Notes under the pieces: generated by a model | Told to the model about the DNA's origin: nothing | The model's input: the letters and a program-made list of their open reading frames with translations, nothing else | The model's database searches: none | Position numbers and translations under genes: made by a program | Assembly (NCBI GenBank): GCA_032250835.1 | Contig: JAVVEA010000001.1 | Coordinates: forward strand, 320,001 to 384,000 | DNA from: a bacterium | GTDB lineage: Bacteria; SAR324; XYD2-FULL-50-16 | Direction: 5' to 3' | DNA length: 64,000 bases | Shown: one piece after another, positions 40,489 to 52,783 of the stretch | How the letters are laid out: the number at the start of each line of letters is the position of its first letter | Numbering within the stretch: position 1 is the stretch's first letter

Positions 40489-41763
40489 ATGGTCATCGAA
40501 TTCGATAATTTTGAAGCGGAATCCACTGATACCGGGCTCCCGGTAATCAAGGTGATTGGTGTCGGCGGCGGTGGCGGCAACGTAGTCAACCGCATGGTCC
40601 GCGACGGGATCAAGAAGGTCCAATACGTCTCGGCCAACACCGACGTGATGGTCCTCAACTCCTCTTTAGCCGACATCACCATCCCCTTAGGTTCACAGAT
40701 CACCAAAGGTTTGGGCGCAGGCATGAAGCCCGAGGTTGGCCAGATGGCCGCCGAAGAAGCGACCGAACAGATCCAACGGATCTTAAACGACACCGACATG
40801 GTCTTCATCGCCGCCGGTATGGGTGGCGGTACGGGCACCGGGGCAGCCCCGGTGATCGCTGAATTGGCCAAGGAAAAGAAGATCCTGACCGTTGGTGTGG
40901 TGACTACCCCCTTTAGCTTTGAAGGCTCGCGCCGCGCCAAGCTCGCAGCCAAAGGCATCGAAGAGCTACGCAAGCACGTTGACACCCTGATGGTGATCCC
41001 CAACAACAAACTGTTGGAAATCGCTTCTCAGAAGACCACCATGAACGAAGCCTTCGAGATCGCCGACGATGTGCTCAAACAAGCCATCAGCGGTATCACC
41101 AACTTGGTGAACCTCGAAGGGGTAATCAACCTCGACTTTGCCGACCTCAAGACGGTCATGAGCAACAAAGGCCGGGCCATTATGGGTACCGGTGTGGGCC
41201 ATGGCGAAAACCGCGGCCTAGAAGCGGCCAAAAAGGCCATCAGCAGCCCGCTGCTCTCGGACAAGCCCATCTCCGGGGCGACCGGCGTGATCATCAACAT
41301 CGTTGCCGATGACGCCTTTGGCCTGCTCGACGCCCAAGCTGCGGCAGATTTCATCCAAAGTACCGCCGACCAAGATGCCGATGTGATCTTCGGCTTAGTT
41401 AGTGACCCCACCAAGGAAGACGAAGTGGTGATCACCGTGATCGCTACGGGCTTCGATTCTCCTGAAGACACCGCCCGCCCGGTACACCATACCCCGTTGC
41501 GCGTGGTCGACAGCCTACGCAACAAAAAAGACGAAGACGAATTGAGTGGCGACCAAGAAACTGACGAAGTGGCGGGTGAAGAGCAAATCGCCAAGTCGCC
41601 AGCTCCCGAACGGGAAAAAGAAGTTGAAAAGGAAGTTGCAAAAGCTCCCCTGGAGTCAGTGGAAAACCACCTCTACTATCCCGACGAAAAAGATACCGAC
41701 CAAATGAAGGTGGAGGATTATGAAATCCCCAGCTTTATGCGCAAGCAACGGATCCAACGTTAA
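40489..41763 (+). CDS. ftsZ: Cell division protein FtsZ
   Basis: GVGGGGGN, GMGGGTGTG, NLDFAD, C-terminal EIPSFMRK. Confidence 0.98.
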   Translation: MVIEFDNFEAESTDTGLPVIKVIGVGGGGGNVVNRMVRDGIKKVQYVSANTDVMVLNSSLADITIPLGSQITKGLGAGMKPEVGQMAAEEATEQIQRILNDTDMVFIAAGMGGGTGTGAAPVIAELAKEKKILTVGVVTTPFSFEGSRRAKLAAKGIEELRKHVDTLMVIPNNKLLEIASQKTTMNEAFEIADDVLKQAISGITNLVNLEGVINLDFADLKTVMSNKGRAIMGTGVGHGENRGLEAAKKAISSPLLSDKPISGATGVIINIVADDAFGLLDAQAAADFIQSTADQDADVIFGLVSDPTKEDEVVITVIATGFDSPEDTARPVHHTPLRVVDSLRNKKDEDELSGDQETDEVAGEEQIAKSPAPEREKEVEKEVAKAPLESVENHLYYPDEKDTDQMKVEDYEIPSFMRKQRIQR

Positions 41764-41815
41764 GGGTCGAGCTACCCTTAATGATCCAATTGACCGGCCC
41801 CGCTCCTGCGGGGCC
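41761..41815 (+). terminator. Two hairpins after ftsZ (stabiliser or weak terminator)
   Basis: TAAGGGT-N6-ACCCTTA and GGCCCCGC-TCCT-GCGGGGCC; no long U-tract. Confidence 0.45.
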
Positions 41816-41833
41816 TTCCCCCGATACCGCCAC

Positions 41834-42700
41834 ATGAAGACCGACGTTAAACCCTATCTGTGGGCGGCCCTCGCCGTCAGCCTGCTCAGTTGGGCGGCCT
41901 TAGAATTCCTCCTGCTGGTGACCCAGCAGTTTGGCGTTCAATACCACGCCTTTTTTGCCGGTGCCGTCGTGGGTGGGGTCTTAGGGTCCCTCTTAGCAGG
42001 CATGGACGGCTTTTTAAGCCAAGCGCCTAACAAGATCAAGGCGGGCCTAAAGTTCGGTGGAGCCATCGGGGCTTTTGGCGGGGCCTTGGGTTTTTATCTA
42101 TTAGAACAAATCGCGCTACGTTTTGGGGCCTATGAGCTTTCTGCGGGCCTCGAAGGCATGGTCTACGCCCAACGTTGGTTGGTTTTAGGCATCTTTATCG
42201 GGGCCGCTTACGGCGCGGTGGAGCAAAGCAACCGGGTGACTACCCGCAACATCATCGCGGGCCTGTTCGCTGGTGTTGGCGCTACGCTGATCAACGGCTT
42301 GGTGGCCGGATTGATCACCTATCCCTTTGTGCTTCGCGGTTTAAACCTAGTGGTCTTCACGCTTTTATTCTTAATGGCGCACCGTAAGTTAAGGACCTAC
42401 AAGCGAGAGCAATGGCTTTTGTCGATGAACGGTAAACACGAAGGTGCCGAATTCGAATTAAACAAGCCCATCTACTATCTAGGTACCCAAAGCAACGACG
42501 ACATCAACCTAGACAGCTACGAACAGATCAACTCGACCCACGCCAAGTTGATTAAGTTTGATTATGGCTATTCGCTGGTGGATAACGACCCCTTCTGCCG
42601 CACCTTCGTTAATTTCCGCAACATCAACGAGCAGCCCCTGAAAAACGGCGACGTGATCAAAATCGGAACGGCCCTGTTCCAATACTGTAGCCTGGCTTAA
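41834..42700 (+). CDS. Polytopic membrane protein with C-terminal FHA-like domain
   Basis: About 6 Gly-rich TM helices; LG...THA..., TFVN, LKNGDVIKIG; start set at MKTDVK. Confidence 0.8.
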   Translation: MKTDVKPYLWAALAVSLLSWAALEFLLLVTQQFGVQYHAFFAGAVVGGVLGSLLAGMDGFLSQAPNKIKAGLKFGGAIGAFGGALGFYLLEQIALRFGAYELSAGLEGMVYAQRWLVLGIFIGAAYGAVEQSNRVTTRNIIAGLFAGVGATLINGLVAGLITYPFVLRGLNLVVFTLLFLMAHRKLRTYKREQWLLSMNGKHEGAEFELNKPIYYLGTQSNDDINLDSYEQINSTHAKLIKFDYGYSLVDNDPFCRTFVNFRNINEQPLKNGDVIKIGTALFQYCSLA

Positions 42701-42701
42701 G

Positions 42702-43547
42702 ATGAAACGACTGACCCCGATCTTCCTCTTCTTGACAACCGTCCAGACTGCCTGGGCGAAAGACCGTTTTTTAGGCGAAACCGACACCGCCGATCTCTTT
42801 TTTATCCTGCCTCTGCTGGTGGCTGGGTTTGCCTTTATCTTCTTTGCGAAGACTCGGTACTTACAGCCGCCCAAAAAACAGTTGGGCTTTTGGTCCATTA
42901 CGCCCCATAAGCGCCAACGTTTTTTTCCGGTCGATGAGACAATTGAGCATATGGAGCCAGTAGTTAATGCCCTGGCTGAGCCGGACACCAACGTCTACAG
43001 CAACCTATCCAAGATCACCCTGACCCACAAACCTCAGGGCGTCTATTTGGAAGAAAAAAATTATAAGATCAGCATCCTGATCAACCGCCGCCGGAGCCGC
43101 CGCACCTATTTAAACGACGGCGACATTTTGGACATGGGCGAATTGACCTTGATGTTCACCAGTACCGAACCGCCCAAGTACGAGGACAAACCCCAGACTA
43201 CGGGGCACCTGATCCCCCGTATGCGCCGCGCCCAGGGGCGTCCGATCAAGGCCTACCCGAGCTTGATTCCGGCGGACTCACGCAAAAAGACCTACTACCT
43301 GACCAAGAACTTAAACTTCATTGGCCGCAGTGACACCTGTGACTTGGTGAGCAAGGCTAAGTCCATCGCGCCGCGCCATTCGAAGATCGAAAAAGTGGCA
43401 GGACGCTATAAGATCAGCGATCTAGGCACCACCGGTGGGACCTTCGTCAACGGCCGCCGGGTGGACCAGAAATTCCTCAAAGACGGCGACAACATCGCTT
43501 TCGAGTCGGTCAAGTACACCTTTTCACTTAGTGGACGGCCCCGCTAA
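42702..43547 (+). CDS. Membrane-anchored protein with two FHA-like domains
   Basis: TM helix; LNDGDILDMG; IGRSDTCD, RH, GTFVNG, LKDGDNI. Confidence 0.85.
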   Translation: MKRLTPIFLFLTTVQTAWAKDRFLGETDTADLFFILPLLVAGFAFIFFAKTRYLQPPKKQLGFWSITPHKRQRFFPVDETIEHMEPVVNALAEPDTNVYSNLSKITLTHKPQGVYLEEKNYKISILINRRRSRRTYLNDGDILDMGELTLMFTSTEPPKYEDKPQTTGHLIPRMRRAQGRPIKAYPSLIPADSRKKTYYLTKNLNFIGRSDTCDLVSKAKSIAPRHSKIEKVAGRYKISDLGTTGGTFVNGRRVDQKFLKDGDNIAFESVKYTFSLSGRPR

Positions 43548-43576
43548 CAGGGCTGACACCCTCCCCGCAAAGGTCG

Positions 43577-44755
43577 ATGTCACATTCCTTTAAAGCCCCC
43601 CGAGGGTTTCGCTTCGCCGGAATCACGGCGGGCATCAAACAATCAGGCAAAAAAGACTTAGGGTTGGTCCTGCTTGAGCGCCCCGGCGCTATGGGCGGGG
43701 TCTACACTAAAAACAAATTCCCTTCGGCGCACGTAGACTATTGCCGTAGCCTCACCCCCACTGACCGTTTCGCGGCCTTGGTGGTCAACTCAGGCAACGC
43801 CAATGCCGCCACCGGGGAAGAGGGACGCCGCCGTAATTTGGAATTTGCCCAGCTCTTTGCCGATCACTTAGACCTACACTTTGATCAGGTCTTCACCTCT
43901 TCAACCGGAGTGATCGGCCACCAGCTACCCATCGACACCATCCGCACCACTTCTAAGCAGGTGATCGACAGCCTCGGCACCGACCCCATGCCCTTCGCTG
44001 AGGCGATCACCACCACTGACCTGACCACCAAGATGGCCCAGCGTAGCCTAGAGATCGGCGGCGAGAGCTTTCATATCTTGGGTGTCGCCAAGGGTTCGGG
44101 GATGATCATGCCCAATATGGGCACCATGTTGGCCTATATCTTTACCGATGCACCGCTGCCGCCAGAGCGCATCCAAGAGTTAACCCGGGAAGTGGCCGAC
44201 CAAAGCTTCAACTTAGTCAGTGTGGACGGCGACAGCTCCACCAACGACACCTTGATGGTGGTCACCAACAACCCCGGCCCGACCACGGCCTATGAGCGGA
44301 CCGAACGGGCGATTTTAGAGGTCGCTCAGGAATTGGCCCAAATGGTCGCCGCTGACGGCGAAGGGGCCGAGCACCTAATTGAGGTTTCGGTGACCAGCGC
44401 TCCGGACCGAGGCATCGCCAAACGGGCGGTGATGGCGGTGCTCAACTCGCCGCTGGTCAAGACGGCGGTACATGGCCAAGACCCCAACTGGGGCCGTTTG
44501 ATGATGGCTTTGGGCAACGGCTTAGAGCCTGTCGATGGATTTTGGCACCAACCGGTCACTATCTCGATCCAAGGGGTTCCGGTGTTCGTAGCCGGAGAAC
44601 CGGCAGCCTTCGAGCGCAAACAGCTAAGCCAGAAAATGGGTGAGTTTAAGGTCCGCATCGACATCGACCTTGCCGCTGGTGAATCCAGCCTAGTCGGTTG
44701 GGGTTGTGACCTGTCGCGCGAATACATCACCATCAACGCCGACTACCACACCTGA
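43577..44755 (+). CDS. argJ: Glutamate N-acetyltransferase
   Basis: NSGNANAATG, STGVIG, KGSGMI.PNMGTML, DGD.STND, DGEGA, PNWGR. Confidence 0.96.
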   Translation: MSHSFKAPRGFRFAGITAGIKQSGKKDLGLVLLERPGAMGGVYTKNKFPSAHVDYCRSLTPTDRFAALVVNSGNANAATGEEGRRRNLEFAQLFADHLDLHFDQVFTSSTGVIGHQLPIDTIRTTSKQVIDSLGTDPMPFAEAITTTDLTTKMAQRSLEIGGESFHILGVAKGSGMIMPNMGTMLAYIFTDAPLPPERIQELTREVADQSFNLVSVDGDSSTNDTLMVVTNNPGPTTAYERTERAILEVAQELAQMVAADGEGAEHLIEVSVTSAPDRGIAKRAVMAVLNSPLVKTAVHGQDPNWGRLMMALGNGLEPVDGFWHQPVTISIQGVPVFVAGEPAAFERKQLSQKMGEFKVRIDIDLAAGESSLVGWGCDLSREYITINADYHT

Positions 44756-45831
44756 TGCGCATCTTAGCGGATCGGCACATTCCCTGGGTGGAAGAGGCTT
44801 TTGGCGGTCTGGGTACTTTGGTTTTGCTCGATCGCTTCACCCCCGAAGACCTGATCGGGGCCGACGCCTTGTTGGTACGCTCGACCCAGCAGGTTGACCG
44901 CAATCTGTTCGCTCTGGCTCATCCTCGCTTCGTGGGCACCGCAACGGCCGGACAGGACCACGTTGATCTCGAATTCCTCAACCAAACGGGCATTTCGTAC
45001 GCCTACGCGCCGGGCTGCAACGCCATGGCCGTTGCCCAATGGGTAATTGCCAGCCTGCTGCGCTTTTATGGAAGCTATGAAAAATTACGTAGCCTAAGGT
45101 TAGGGATTGTGGGCCTAGGTGCTGTGGGCGGACGGCTGAGCAGCCTCGCTTTGCTGTTAGGTTTAGAAGTGCGGGCTAGCGACCCGCCCAAAGAGCGCGC
45201 CTCAGAACCGGGCCCCTGGATGCCGCTTGAGGAACTATTACGCTGGTCCGACATCGTCACCCTACACACCCCACTCACGACCGAAGGGGCAGACAAAACC
45301 TTCCATTTGATCGCCGCCGAACAATTGGCCCTACTCAAACCCAAATGCCTGTTGGTCAACGCGGCGCGCGGAGGGGTGGTCGATGAGCAGGCCCTTAAGC
45401 CAGTAGCCAATAATTTGGGAGGCTTGATCTTAGACACTTGGGAATCAGAGCCGGAGCTGGACCGAGAGTTGTTGGCCCTAACCAGCCAAGCCAGCCCCCA
45501 TGTAGCGGGCTATAGCTTAGAAGCCAAGTTAAAGGGAACCAGCCAGATTCAAGAAGCCTTTTGCCGCTTTTTTGAAATGAACGTGCCGGCTTTAAATCCC
45601 AAGCTCAACCACTTCCGCGCCGATGTCGCGGTGGGGGTGGCCCCGTTGATGGACCTGATCGGCGGCATGAGCCGCGATGATGCCGCCCTGCGTAGCGGCG
45701 GAGACTTCAAGCAACTGCGCAATCTTTACCCCCTAAGGCGAGAATGGTCCTCCGTAGAATTGAGCGGACACCAAGCCTTGAGCGAAGCCCATGGAGACCT
45801 GTTGGCTAAAATGGGTTTCTTGCTGGTTTGA
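44755..45831 (+). CDS. pdxB: 4-phosphoerythronate dehydrogenase
   Basis: DALLVRST, TATAG.DH, APGCNA, HTPL, PHVAGYS, LR..YP.RRE. Confidence 0.9.
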   Translation: MRILADRHIPWVEEAFGGLGTLVLLDRFTPEDLIGADALLVRSTQQVDRNLFALAHPRFVGTATAGQDHVDLEFLNQTGISYAYAPGCNAMAVAQWVIASLLRFYGSYEKLRSLRLGIVGLGAVGGRLSSLALLLGLEVRASDPPKERASEPGPWMPLEELLRWSDIVTLHTPLTTEGADKTFHLIAAEQLALLKPKCLLVNAARGGVVDEQALKPVANNLGGLILDTWESEPELDRELLALTSQASPHVAGYSLEAKLKGTSQIQEAFCRFFEMNVPALNPKLNHFRADVAVGVAPLMDLIGGMSRDDAALRSGGDFKQLRNLYPLRREWSSVELSGHQALSEAHGDLLAKMGFLLV

Positions 45832-45969
45832 GAAAATCAAACAGAGTTTCAAAACCAAAAACAACCTTTCAAACAGGAGCCATCTGGCCCGCTAAGCCCC
45901 CAAAACCCGCCTTTTGACCCCAAATGCGCCGGTCATTTCGTATTCCTACTTACAGCAGTACGGTTCGGC

Positions 45970-45998
45970 TTGACATGATGTATCCCACTTGGGATTAT
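45970..45998 (+). promoter_or_regulatory. Putative sigma70 promoter of icd
   Basis: TTGACA-17 bp-GATTAT. Confidence 0.45.
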
Positions 45999-46129
45999 TG
46001 CACCGTTTTGCACGCAGGTTTGATAAAAAACTTCCGTCTACCCAAAAAGCCCAAACCTTTAGGGGCCGGTTCGCAGGCAAAACAAAAAACGATCGACTCA
46101 CTTGACCTGAAAACGCCTTGGTGACCTAG

Positions 46130-48379
<2,250 letters not shown>

Positions 48380-48414
48380 GTCCGGCGACCCAACTCGCTA
48401 GAGCGTTATAAATC

Positions 48415-48450
48415 AGGCGGGTTCCCCCAAGGGAGCCCGCCTTTTTTTTT
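48415..48450 (+). terminator. Intrinsic terminator after icd
   Basis: AGGCGGGTTCCC-CCAA-GGGAGCCCGCCT followed by a T run. Confidence 0.88.
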
Positions 48451-48489
48451 GCCCTCCCCAAAGCAGATGACTCCTGTTAAGTTCTCTTC

Positions 48490-49209
48490 ATGCGATTAGA
48501 AACCAAAAATTTAGTGAAAACTTACGGGAAGCGGACGGTCGTCAAAGACGTCAGTTTCGAGATCAGCCAAGGCGAAGTGGTCGGGCTATTGGGGTCCAAC
48601 GGGGCCGGAAAGACCACCAGCTTTTACATGGTCGTTGGCGTGGTGCGCCCCACCCAAGGCCAGATCTTTTTAGACGAAAAAGAAATCACCGGCCTGCCCA
48701 TGTACCAACGGGCCCGCCAAGGGATCGGCTATCTGCCCCAAGAAGCATCGGTGTTCCGCAAGATGTCGGTCGAAGAAAACCTGCTCAGTATTCTAGAGAC
48801 CCTGGGTCTCTCCAAAGCGGAACAAAAGGGCAAAGCTGACAAGATTTTAGATGAGTTACACATCCAGCATATCCGCAAAAACATGGGCTATAGCCTTTCT
48901 GGCGGAGAACGGCGGCGCGTAGAAATCGCCCGCGCGCTGGTGACCGACCCGGCCTTTATCCTTCTAGACGAACCCTTCGCGGGGGTAGATCCGATCGCGG
49001 TGATTGACATCCAAGGGGTGGTCAAGGAACTAGCCGAACGAAATATCGGGGTGTTGATTACCGACCACAACGTCCGCGAAACCTTGGGTATTGTGGACCG
49101 GGCTTACATCATGAACGATGGGGAAATCTTGGTGGCCGGAAAGCCCCAGGAGATCATCGAGAACGAAACGGCCCGTAAGGTCTATCTAGGCGAACACTTC
49201 AGTTTATAA
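48490..49209 (+). CDS. lptB: LPS export ABC transporter ATP-binding protein
   Basis: [49 protein letters not shown]. Confidence 0.97.
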   Translation: MRLETKNLVKTYGKRTVVKDVSFEISQGEVVGLLGSNGAGKTTSFYMVVGVVRPTQGQIFLDEKEITGLPMYQRARQGIGYLPQEASVFRKMSVEENLLSILETLGLSKAEQKGKADKILDELHIQHIRKNMGYSLSGGERRRVEIARALVTDPAFILLDEPFAGVDPIAVIDIQGVVKELAERNIGVLITDHNVRETLGIVDRAYIMNDGEILVAGKPQEIIENETARKVYLGEHFSL

Positions 49210-49210
49210 G

Positions 49211-52200
49211 ATGCGTCTGTTACGGCTCGAACTGCAAGGGTTTAAGTCCTTTCCGGACAAGGTCTCTATCGACTTTGTGCAAGAAGGGGTTTCGATCATT
49301 GTAGGACCCAATGGTTGCGGCAAGTCAAATACCGTAGACGCCATCCGGTGGGTCTTGGGCGAGCAGAGTGCCAAGCATTTGCGCGGCGCAGCCATGGAAG
49401 ACGTGATCTTCTCGGGCTCTTCGAGCCGCGCGGCGGTGGGCTTAGCGGCGGCGACGTTGGTCTTCTCGAACCCCGAACACCAGCGGATCGGCAAATATGC
49501 CGACTTTGCCGAAATCTCGGTAACCCGCAAGCTCTACCGCACCGGCGAGAGCCAATACCTAATCAATAAAGCCTCTTGCCGCCTCTCGGATATCCGCGAC
49601 TTGTTCATGGACACCGGCATCGGCGGTAAAGGCTACAGCATCATCGAACAAGGCAAGATCGACCGTATCGTCACTTCCAGCGCCATCGAGCGGCGCTCGA
49701 TCATCGATGAGGCGGCGGGCATCGTTAAATTCAAGAGCAAAAAGGCCGAGGCCCAGAAGCGCTTCGCCCAATCGCGCCAGAATCTAGACCGGGTGGAGGA
49801 CGTCTTGGGCGAATTGAAGCTCCAAGAAGAGAAACTGGTCGTGCAGGTGGTCCGGGCCGATGAATATCTGACCGCCAAGGGGCGGATGGAGCGCTTAAGC
49901 CAGTTGCAAGCGGCCCATAAATGGGCGGCGCTGCGCGCTCAAGGTGACGAAATCGAAGCCAAACGGGCGGGCCTAAAAGAGCAGCGCAAGGACCTAGAAC
50001 TTCAGTTAGCCAACCTTTCCACCAAGAAAAGCGGGGCGGGGCTCGAACAGGTCCAAAAGCAAGACCGCCGCGAACAACTAGGCGGGCAGGTTTCCAAGGC
50101 CCGTGAAGAGTTGATCAAGCTGGACAGCCGGATCGAGACGGACCAAGAAACCTTAAGGCATTTAGACGATTGGCACAACAAGGGCAACCGGGAGTTGGAC
50201 AGCCTACAGGGGCAAATCCAAGCCCTGTTGGAACAAGAAGAAGCCCTCTTGGACGCCCAAGAAGCCCTTCAAGTGGAACTGAGCGAACAGACCCAAGCGA
50301 TCCAATCGGCCCGAGAATCGCTTAAAACCCAACAAAACAAACTCGAGGACCTCAACCGCGCCACCAAAGAACGCCAAGGCGAGTTGGTAAAAGCCCAATT
50401 GGCCTTGGGCGATAAAAAAGGGGAAGTCCAACGTCAGGCGGACCGGTTAGAAGAGGCCCGCGCGCGGGGCTCAGAGGCCCAAGAAGCGCTGATTCAAGCT
50501 GCCGAACGCCTGATTGCCGCCCAAGAACAACGCGGCGACAGCGAACGCGACTTTAAGGAAAAGACTAAAGAGAAAGAAGAAGTCGGCCTGCGTTTAAAGC
50601 TCGCCAAGGCCAAACAAGAAGAGAAAAAACAAGCCCTAGAGGTACAAAACCGCAAGATCGAAGAGACCGAGCGAGATTCACACAAAGTCGAAAGCCGCCT
50701 CGAAAGCCTCAAACAACTAGAACAAAACCACGAAGACTTTGCCCCTAAGATCAAGGCTATCTTAGACCACTTGGCGGGCCATCCCGAGCGGGCGGCGGAC
50801 TTAGGATTTGTGGGTCCCCTGGCCGATTTAGTGGAAATCGGAGGGGCTTTGGAATCTTGGGCCGAAAACCTTTTAGGCCGCTTCTTTAACCTCCTTATCT
50901 TCGAGAGCCATTACCACCTACCCCAAATCAAGACCTTGATGGAAGAGTTGGGTGTGGAATATTTAGAGATCTATTTCTTGGATCTTTGCGAGCAAAAGAC
51001 CAGCAACCTGGACTTCCTGATCCCCTGGCACGACAAGCCCCAGGGCCTGTTTCTGGCCGGGCATTATCAAGCGCTAGAAAAAAAGACCTACCAGATCGAG
51101 CCCGAAGACCTGACCAAGGGGCGCAACCTGTTGCTGACCGACAAAAGCCTAGTGCGCCAAGACGGCGTCTTCCAGCTAGGCTTACCGAGCGAAGCCAAAC
51201 AGCTAGAAGGCTACCTGAAACGCCAACAGGAATTCCATCAGCTAGGCGACCAACTCAAGCAGATGAAACAACAACTTGAGGACCTCGTCTACGACAAGGG
51301 CTGGATCAAAGAAGAGTTGGATGAGCTGGAGTGGGAGGTCACGGACCTGACCCAAGAGGACCAGCGGCTGGCCGTTGAATGTGGTGAGCTGGGCAAAGAG
51401 TTGGAACGATTCAACGCCGAGGCGGACCGACTAAACCAAGAAAAAATCCGCCTTGAAGAAGCGCGGGACCGTCACCAAGCGATGGACGAAGAGTTGGCCC
51501 AGCGCCGAAGTGCGCTAGAAAGCGAAATTGGGGCCGCCGAAGCCGCTGTGCTCGCGCTGAGCGAGCAGATGGAAACGCAGCAGGCCGGGCAAGAAGACCT
51601 GGTCTTAGAGCTTGAATTTAAAAAGGGCGAGGTCCAAGCCGCCGAGATCGGGTTGGCGGGCTCCAAAGAGAAGGCGGGCCACCAAAAAGAATTGCTCAGC
51701 CGCATCCAGGCGGACCTACAACGCCTCCAGGGTAAACTGACCGAAACCAAAACCCAGACTGAAGACCACGGCAAACGGCGCGAATTGCTTGAAGCAGCGA
51801 TCGATGAAAACCGCAAGCGCCAGCCCGAATTGGTCGAACGCATCCAGATTTTAGAAACCGAATACCGCGAACTTTCAGACCTATTAGAACGCCAGGGCCA
51901 CGAAATCCGCGAAATCGAAGAAACCGAGAAGAAGTTGCGGGCCCTCGAAGAAGGCATCAAAGAGCAGAGCCACCAGCTAGAGGTCAAGCTGGCTCAGCTG
52001 GCCCAGGAAGGAGCCGGCCTCGAAAACGCCCTCTTAGAAGACTGGGCCATGCGGCCCGAAGAGGTGTTGCGCCAGTTACAAGAAGGAGAGTTTGACGCTG
52101 AGTCGGCGCCGAAGGAGCTGAGTCGGCTCAAAGCCAAATTAGCCGGATTGGGTGATGTAAACCTCGGGGCCAAAAAGGAATATGAAGCCCTAAAGGAACG

Positions 52201-52783
52201 TTTGGACTTCTTAGAAGCCGAGTCAAAGGACCTCAGCGAGAGCATCACCGCCTTAGAAGAGTCGATCTCCAAAATCGACGCCGAATCGCGGCGGCGCTTT
52301 GATGAGACCTTCCAACGGGTCAACCGGGAGTTTAAATTGCTCTTCCCGCGCCTTTTCGGCGGCGGGGACGCCTTCTTAAAGCTCAGCAATCCTGAAGACT
52401 TATTAGATTCGGGGGTGGAAATCATCGCCCAACCGCCGGGCAAAAAGTTGCAAAACATGACCTTGCTTTCAGGTGGTGAAAAAGCCATGACCGCTTTGGC
52501 GTTGATCTTCTCGATCTTCCAGTTCAAGCCCAGCCCCTTCTGTTTGCTCGACGAAGTGGACGCCCCGTTAGACGACGCCAACAACCGGCGTTTCAACGAT
52601 CATGTACGGGCCTTGACGGCGAACAGTCAGTTCATCATCATCACCCACAACAAAAAGACCATGGAGATTGGTGACGCCCTCTTTGGGGTCACCATGGAAG
52701 AGCCGGGTGCTTCAAAGATCGTGGCGGTGGACTTTGAGCGGGGCCAGAAGCTGTTGGACGGACCCCGTAAGAAAGGAGCTTAG
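49211..52783 (+). CDS. smc: Chromosome segregation protein SMC
   Basis: GFKSF, GPNGCGKSN, IIEQG, long coiled coils, LSGGE, LLDEVDAPLD, ITH. Confidence 0.96.
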   Translation: MRLLRLELQGFKSFPDKVSIDFVQEGVSIIVGPNGCGKSNTVDAIRWVLGEQSAKHLRGAAMEDVIFSGSSSRAAVGLAAATLVFSNPEHQRIGKYADFAEISVTRKLYRTGESQYLINKASCRLSDIRDLFMDTGIGGKGYSIIEQGKIDRIVTSSAIERRSIIDEAAGIVKFKSKKAEAQKRFAQSRQNLDRVEDVLGELKLQEEKLVVQVVRADEYLTAKGRMERLSQLQAAHKWAALRAQGDEIEAKRAGLKEQRKDLELQLANLSTKKSGAGLEQVQKQDRREQLGGQVSKAREELIKLDSRIETDQETLRHLDDWHNKGNRELDSLQGQIQALLEQEEALLDAQEALQVELSEQTQAIQSARESLKTQQNKLEDLNRATKERQGELVKAQLALGDKKGEVQRQADRLEEARARGSEAQEALIQAAERLIAAQEQRGDSERDFKEKTKEKEEVGLRLKLAKAKQEEKKQALEVQNRKIEETERDSHKVESRLESLKQLEQNHEDFAPKIKAILDHLAGHPERAADLGFVGPLADLVEIGGALESWAENLLGRFFNLLIFESHYHLPQIKTLMEELGVEYLEIYFLDLCEQKTSNLDFLIPWHDKPQGLFLAGHYQALEKKTYQIEPEDLTKGRNLLLTDKSLVRQDGVFQLGLPSEAKQLEGYLKRQQEFHQLGDQLKQMKQQLEDLVYDKGWIKEELDELEWEVTDLTQEDQRLAVECGELGKELERFNAEADRLNQEKIRLEEARDRHQAMDEELAQRRSALESEIGAAEAAVLALSEQMETQQAGQEDLVLELEFKKGEVQAAEIGLAGSKEKAGHQKELLSRIQADLQRLQGKLTETKTQTEDHGKRRELLEAAIDENRKRQPELVERIQILETEYRELSDLLERQGHEIREIEETEKKLRALEEGIKEQSHQLEVKLAQLAQEGAGLENALLEDWAMRPEEVLRQLQEGEFDAESAPKELSRLKAKLAGLGDVNLGAKKEYEALKERLDFLEAESKDLSESITALEESISKIDAESRRRFDETFQRVNREFKLLFPRLFGGGDAFLKLSNPEDLLDSGVEIIAQPPGKKLQNMTLLSGGEKAMTALALIFSIFQFKPSPFCLLDEVDAPLDDANNRRFNDHVRALTANSQFIIITHNKKTMEIGDALFGVTMEEPGASKIVAVDFERGQKLLDGPRKKGA

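Noticed and set aside
45924..46124. 66-aa ORF upstream of icd
   Set aside because: No ribosome-binding site or motifs; overlaps the promoter candidate
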